Shown one piece after another: positions 42,773-47,908 of a stretch of DNA of 47,908 nt. The DNA lies in IMG/VR virus record IMGVR_UViG_3300024283_000005, positions 1 through 47,908 of that record; one strand, given 5' to 3'. Under the pieces are notes generated by a model, which was not told the DNA's origin, made no database searches, and saw only the letters and a list, made by a program, of their open reading frames with translations. Position 1 is the first letter of the stretch. Every line of letters begins with the position of its first letter. This DNA is from a virus (taxonomy: Duplodnaviria; Caudoviricetes). Both the position numbers and the translations under genes were made by a program.

Positions 42773-43369
42773 GTGGCGCTCGAGCTCAACACCAAGCACG
42801 TCGAGCAGGGCCAAGAGCTGCCGATCTACGACTTGCGGCAGCCGCTCTTTCTCAAGGTGCTCGCGAGCTACCTCACCGAAGTGCAGGCGCTCGAGCAGGC
42901 GCTTTGGGATCTGTACATCGGCACCATGCTGCCCAACGCCAAGGGCGACGCGCTCGACATGATCGGCGCGCTCGTCGGCCAAGCGCGCGAGGGGCGCACC
43001 GACGCGCAATACATCCTATGGATTCAGTCACGCATAACGGTGCTGCGCTCGAGCGGGCGACCGCGCGACATATACGCGGCAGTGCTGCCACTGCTGCCCG
43101 CGGGCTCAACCGCGCGGCTCATCGAGTACGGCGACGCATCGTTTACGGTTACGTTTTCGGCGACGCTCACGGCGGCGCAAGCGCGCTCGCTCGGCGACCT
43201 CCTGCGCCAGGCAAAGGCCGCCGCCGTCCGCTTCGACGGCGTATGGAGTCCGAGCCCCTCTACGCTTTGGTTCCGCTACGGCACGGCGGCTGCGCCCACG
43301 CTCGACGCAACGCGTGGCTTTGGCGACGTCACGCAGACTACGGGCGGGCGTCTTGTTGGCATCGTGTGA
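42773..43369 (+). CDS. Baseplate wedge protein (DUF2612/gpI-like)
   Basis: AKGDALDMIGALVGQAR.GRTD..Y. Confidence 0.8.
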   Translation: MALELNTKHVEQGQELPIYDLRQPLFLKVLASYLTEVQALEQALWDLYIGTMLPNAKGDALDMIGALVGQAREGRTDAQYILWIQSRITVLRSSGRPRDIYAAVLPLLPAGSTARLIEYGDASFTVTFSATLTAAQARSLGDLLRQAKAAAVRFDGVWSPSPSTLWFRYGTAAAPTLDATRGFGDVTQTTGGRLVGIV

Positions 43370-43378
43370 GGTGACACA

Positions 43379-46300
43379 ATGGCACTGACACTCACGTTCA
43401 ATCAGCCAGGCATACCAGCGGGCGACCTCGACCGCGGGCGCACCGACATCCTCACCACAGACGCGGGCGGCGGGCGCTCGCCTGTTGTCACCATCGACAT
43501 CGGAGACGTGCCCGCGGGCTCTGTCGTGCTCGTGCAGGCCATCGACGAGCCGCCCGCGAGCTCTCCGATGCTCACGCAAGTGTCAGACACGCATTGGACG
43601 CTCGAGTTCAATGCGGGCGCGTGGGGCCCGTTCCGCATCCAGGCTACCGCGTCAATCGGCACCGAGGTCGTCTCGAGCGTCACGCGCCGCATCTCCGTGC
43701 GCTCGCCCACGTTCCACCTCGCTTACCCCGCGTTGTCGGAACGGTACGACCCCAACGCCCATCTCGTGCCGACTGTGCCCAGCGTGCAGCTCACCGAGAT
43801 GAATGAGCACAGCACCAACCGCGCGCTCGTCGACTTCCACCGCGAGGTCGTGCAGGCCATCGACACACTCAGCGCGGGCGGCATCGACTCGATCCCCGAC
43901 GGCTCGATCACCGAGGCCAAGCTCGACCCCGCGCTCGTCGCGCAGCTCGTGCTCACCGACGGATCGCACGCCATGGTTGGCGAGCTCGACATGAGCGGCT
44001 CGCGCATCGTCGACTTAGGGCAGCCGACGCTGCCCACCGATGCCGCGCGCCTCGCCGACGCCGACTACACCGCAGGCGCGGGCCTCCTGCGTACTGACCA
44101 CACGCTCGACGTCGTCGCGCACGTCGACGGCAGCATCGTCGTCGGCACTGACAGTGTGCAGGTAGGCGTGCTCGCCAGCGACGCGCAGCACGGCACGCGC
44201 GGCGGCGGCACGCTGCACGCCACCGTCACGCCGAGCTCGGCGGGCTTTGCCAGCGCCGCCGACAAAACAAAGCTCGACGGCATCGCCCCGGGCGCCGACG
44301 TCACCATCGCCGCGCTCGCGGCGGCAGCGGTACCCGTCAGCGTCAACGGTCAGCGCATCACGAATCTAGGGGCCCCGATCGCCGCCACCGACGCCGTGCG
44401 CACGCAGGACCTCACCGCCGCCGCAGTCGTAGCGGGCGCAGGCCTCGTGCGCGCGGGCACCACGCTCGACGTCGTCGCGCACGCAGACGGCTCAATCGTG
44501 GTCGCCGCTGACAGCGTGCAAGTCGGCGTGCTCGCCACCGACGCCCAGCACGGCACGCGCGGCGGCGCAGCGCTACACGCCATCGTCACCCCGACAGTCG
44601 CGGGCTTTTCCAGTGCCGCCGACAAAACCAAGCTCGACGGCATCGCCCCGGGCGCCGACGTCACCATCGCCGCGCTCGCGGCGGCAGCGGTACCCGTCAG
44701 CGTCAACGCCAAACGCATCACGAATCTAGGCACCCCGACAGCTGCCACCGACGCCGCGACCAAGGCATACGTCGACGCAGCGCCGCCAGTGCCGCACGCG
44801 AGCACGCACGCAGACGGCGGCTCAGACGAGCTCAACGTTGCGGGCTTGTCGGGGCTGCTCGCCGACCCGCAGACGGCGGGCAGCATCAAGACAGCCACCA
44901 CCACCGTCGCCGTCGCTGCAGCCGCTGCGCCCGCCGCAAATCAAGCGCTCATGGCGACGAGCTCGACGGCGGCGGCGTGGCGCGTGCCGCCCGACGCTAC
45001 GACCAGCCTGCCCGGCTACATGAGCGCCGCCGACAAACTCAAGCTCGACGGCGTCGCGAGCTCGGCTGCAGCCGTCGGCAGCGCTGCCGCGTCGCAGGTC
45101 ACTGTCACGACCGCGGGCCCGGGCATAGCGGCGACCGCTGCCCGTAGCGACCACGTGCACAGCGTCGCCACCGCCGCGCCGTCGGCGCTCACCGTCGGCG
45201 GCACGCAGGCCCCCGGCACGTCGAGCTCGCTTGCGCGCGCCGACCACGTGCACGCCATGCCCGCGCTCGTCACCACGAGCGTCGACGGGTTCATGAGCGC
45301 CGCCGACAAAACCCGGCTCGACGGCATGGCGACCGCTGCTGCAGCCGTCGGCAGCACCGCCGCGTCGCAGGTCACTGTCGCCACTGCCGCGTCGGGCGCA
45401 GCGACCACCGCTGCCCGTAGCGACCACGTGCACAGCGTTGCCACCGCCGCGCCGTCGGCGCTCACTGTCGGCGCCGCGCAGAACGCGGGCACGTCGACGT
45501 CGCTTGTGCGCGCCGACCACGTGCACGCCATGCCGGCAGCCGGCACGCCCGTCGCGCTCACGCTCGCGGGCGCCAATGCCCCCGGCAGCGCTGCCACGCT
45601 CGCGCTCTCCGACCACGTGCACGCGCTGCCGGCGACTGCCGCACCCGCTGCGCTCACCGTAGGCGCCGCGAGCTCGGCGGGCGTCGCCGTCACGCTGCCG
45701 CGCTCAGACCACGTGCACGCCATGCCCGCGCTCGTCACCACGAGCGTCGACGGCTTCATGTCCGCAGCTGACAAAGCGCGGCTCGACAACCTGCGCTGGA
45801 AACAACCCGTGCGCGCGGCCACGACCGGCACAAGCATCACGCTCGCGGGCGGCGCACCTAACGTGCTCGATGGCGTGACGCTCGCGGTCAACGACCGCTT
45901 GCTCATCAAAAACAATCTGTCGTGGCAAGAGAACGGGATCTATTCCGTCACAACACTCGGCACAGGCAGCAACGGCACCTGGACACGCGCCACCGACGCG
46001 GACACTAACGCCGAGCTCACGAGCGGCACGACTGTCTTTGTCTCCGAGGGCACGGCGCACGGCGGCTCTGTGTGGACGCTCTACAGCGCCGACCCCATCT
46101 CGATCGGCTCGACGATCATCGGGTGGGCGCTCATCGGCGGCAAGAGTTTCATTGCAGGGTTAGCCGCTAACAGCGGGCTCGTTCAGACACCACAGACGTC
46201 GGGCAGTGCCATCGCAGGCACAACCCTCGCCGTCGGCGCGAATGCTGACGGCAGCATCGTCGTCAACTCCAACAACGTCCAAGTGGGAGTGCTCGCGACC

Positions 46301-47908
46301 GACGCGCAGCATGGCGCTCGAGCGGGCGGCACGACGCACGCAGCGGTCATCGCCGCAGGCGCGTCGGGCTTCATGACCGGCAGCGACAAAACCAAGCTCG
46401 ACGGCGTCGAGGCCGGCGCGCAGGTTACGTCATTCGCTCGCGTGCAGACTGCGCTCGCAGCTGCGACGAGCGCCGTCAGCTTCAACGCGCAACGCCTCTC
46501 GAGCGTACTCGACCCTAGCGCCGCGCAGGATGCAGCGACCAAGGCATACGTCGACGCCATCGCGCAGGGGTTGGATATCAAGGCATCCGTGCGCCTCGTC
46601 GCGACGAGCAACGTGGCGGCGCTCACGGGCAACGTTTCCATCGACGGCAGCACGACAGCCCCCGGGCAGCGTGTGCTGCTCGTCGGGCAGACGACCGCGA
46701 GCGCGAACGGCCTATACCTCACGGCTGCCGGCGCATGGGCCCGCACCACCGACGCCGACACGAGCGCGAAAGTCACATCGGGCATGTATACGTTTGTGAG
46801 CGAGGGCACCGCCAACGCTGACAGCGGGTGGGCTCTCATCACCCTCGACCCGATCGTGCTCGGCACCACCGCGCTCACGTTCACTCAGGTCACCGGCGCG
46901 GGGCAGATCACCGCGGGCGCGGGCATGACTAAGTCGGGCAACACGCTCGACGTCGTCGCCCACGCCGACGGCAGCATCATCGTCGCCGCCGACAGCGTGC
47001 AGCTCGGCGTCATTGCCACCGACGCGCAACATGGCGCTCGAGCGGGCGGCACGACGCACGCAGCTGCCATCGCGGGCGGCGCGTCGGGCTTCCTCACCGG
47101 CGCCGACAAAACCAAGCTCGACGGCATCTCGACCAGCGCTGCCGCGCTCACGAGCACCGCGCCGCTCGAGAATACCGGCGCCGCAGCCGTCGGCGTCGCG
47201 ACCACTGCCGCGCGTGGCGACCACCAACACCCGTCCGCATGGAAAGCTATATGTGTCGCCGTGCACGAGAGCGTCGGCTTCGACGCTGCCGCGCCACCCG
47301 CGACCGTCGACGGCATAACCATCGTCGCGGGCGACCTCATACTCGTCGACGGCACACTCGCGCCGCTCGGCGACCCCGAAGACCCCGCGCCCCTCGCGGG
47401 CGAGCTGCTCGGCATCTTTCGCAGCCTTGGCAGCACGTGGCAATTTCTCGAGGTGCTCGAGCGGGGCGACGTCGCCTACGTGCTCAGCACGGATTCGCTT
47501 TGGACGTATGACGGCGGCCAATACGTCGAGGTGTACCCCGACGCGAACTACAGCAACCGCGGGCTGCTTTCGTCCGCCGACTACACCAAGCTCGCCGCCA
47601 TTCAAGCCAACGCCGCCGCAGTCACGAGCACAGCGCCGACGCAGATCACCGTCACGACCGCAGCCGCCGGCAGCAGCTCGAGCGCTGCGCGAGGCGACCA
47701 CGTGCACAGCGTCGCGACCGCTGCGCCGTCGGCGCTCACCGTCGGCGGCGCGCAGGCTGCGGGCTCGTCCACGTCGCTCGCGCGCGCCGACCACGTGCAC
47801 GCCATGCCCGCAGTCGCGACCGGCTCCGTCGACGGCTTCATGGCGGCGCTCGATAAGTTCCAGTTCGACATCATGCGAACCGGCACGCCGTGGGCCATCG
47901 CGCCGAGC
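43379..47908 (+). CDS. Giant repeat-rich fibre protein (about 1,900 aa, continuing through the junction to 1300)
   Basis: GAGGTG RBS, ATG at 43379 (MALTLTFNQPG...); no ORF-track stop in this frame to the window end; repeated DKTKLDG, RITNLG.P...TDA, DAATKAYVD and RxDHVH motifs. Confidence 0.85.
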   Translation, partial: MALTLTFNQPGIPAGDLDRGRTDILTTDAGGGRSPVVTIDIGDVPAGSVVLVQAIDEPPASSPMLTQVSDTHWTLEFNAGAWGPFRIQATASIGTEVVSSVTRRISVRSPTFHLAYPALSERYDPNAHLVPTVPSVQLTEMNEHSTNRALVDFHREVVQAIDTLSAGGIDSIPDGSITEAKLDPALVAQLVLTDGSHAMVGELDMSGSRIVDLGQPTLPTDAARLADADYTAGAGLLRTDHTLDVVAHVDGSIVVGTDSVQVGVLASDAQHGTRGGGTLHATVTPSSAGFASAADKTKLDGIAPGADVTIAALAAAAVPVSVNGQRITNLGAPIAATDAVRTQDLTAAAVVAGAGLVRAGTTLDVVAHADGSIVVAADSVQVGVLATDAQHGTRGGAALHAIVTPTVAGFSSAADKTKLDGIAPGADVTIAALAAAAVPVSVNAKRITNLGTPTAATDAATKAYVDAAPPVPHASTHADGGSDELNVAGLSGLLADPQTAGSIKTATTTVAVAAAAAPAANQALMATSSTAAAWRVPPDATTSLPGYMSAADKLKLDGVASSAAAVGSAAASQVTVTTAGPGIAATAARSDHVHSVATAAPSALTVGGTQAPGTSSSLARADHVHAMPALVTTSVDGFMSAADKTRLDGMATAAAAVGSTAASQVTVATAASGAATTAARSDHVHSVATAAPSALTVGAAQNAGTSTSLVRADHVHAMPAAGTPVALTLAGANAPGSAATLALSDHVHALPATAAPAALTVGAASSAGVAVTLPRSDHVHAMPALVTTSVDGFMSAADKARLDNLRWKQPVRAATTGTSITLAGGAPNVLDGVTLAVNDRLLIKNNLSWQENGIYSVTTLGTGSNGTWTRATDADTNAELTSGTTVFVSEGTAHGGSVWTLYSADPISIGSTIIGWALIGGKSFIAGLAANSGLVQTPQTSGSAIAGTTLAVGANADGSIVVNSNNVQVGVLATDAQHGARAGGTTHAAVIAAGASGFMTGSDKTKLDGVEAGAQVTSFARVQTALAAATSAVSFNAQRLSSVLDPSAAQDAATKAYVDAIAQGLDIKASVRLVATSNVAALTGNVSIDGSTTAPGQRVLLVGQTTASANGLYLTAAGAWARTTDADTSAKVTSGMYTFVSEGTANADSGWALITLDPIVLGTTALTFTQVTGAGQITAGAGMTKSGNTLDVVAHADGSIIVAADSVQLGVIATDAQHGARAGGTTHAAAIAGGASGFLTGADKTKLDGISTSAAALTSTAPLENTGAAAVGVATTAARGDHQHPSAWKAICVAVHESVGFDAAAPPATVDGITIVAGDLILVDGTLAPLGDPEDPAPLAGELLGIFRSLGSTWQFLEVLERGDVAYVLSTDSLWTYDGGQYVEVYPDANYSNRGLLSSADYTKLAAIQANAAAVTSTAPTQITVTTAAAGSSSSAARGDHVHSVATAAPSALTVGGAQAAGSSTSLARADHVHAMPAVATGSVDGFMAALDKFQFDIMRTGTPWAIAPS
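44070..44760 (+). repeat. 360-bp tandem duplication inside the fibre gene
   Basis: About 95 bp nearly identical at 44254-44348 and 44614-44708; further diverged copies near 46230 and 46930. Confidence 0.85.
47782..47908. repeat. Terminal direct repeat (copy 2)
   Basis: Identical to 1-127. Confidence 0.95.

Noticed and set aside
47782-47908. 127-bp end repeat as a biological terminal repeat
   Set aside because: The length equals a common assembler k-mer and it lies mid-gene; best explained as circular-assembly overlap.
44070-47908. Fibre repeats as a diversity-generating retroelement TR/VR pair
   Set aside because: No reverse transcriptase; repeats are in-frame coding modules and differences are not adenine-specific.
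1-47908. tRNA, rRNA, integrase or IS elements
   Set aside because: None recognisable by eye; tRNAscan-SE and HMM searches would be needed to exclude them formally.

Overview
This window appears to be a complete, circularly assembled, GC-rich (roughly 70% by eye) temperate myovirus genome of about 47,781 bp; bases 1-127 are identical to 47782-47908. The right two-thirds is a contractile-tail morphogenesis operon: TerS, TerL, DUF1073 portal, MuF, DUF2213 protease/scaffold, DUF2184 capsid, DUF3383 sheath, tube, frameshifting tail chaperone, tape measure and baseplate. It ends in a ~1,900-aa fibre gene that crosses the contig junction and is missed by the ORF track. The left third has no recognisable integrase. 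Instead it carries ParA with a ribbon-helix-helix (RHH) partner, a TrfA/RepA-like ORF next to an iteron plus AT-rich region, a CI/Cro-like switch and a second lambdoid initiator/DnaC-like module, so it is probably a phage-plasmid. A Uma2 nuclease hints at a myxobacterial host. The most unusual signals are: (1) seven dispersed arrays of an 8-bp-phased GTCnnGAC motif, at the par locus and at early and late promoter regions; (2) a MuF head protein with a P-loop kinase-like cassette bracketed by duplicated RTDA motifs and a C-terminal HEXXH domain, followed by a small possible immunity gene; (3) a C5-methyltransferase with a second subunit nested in another frame; (4) a 21-bp-phased repeat block inside the head module. 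All family assignments are by motif recognition, not database search.
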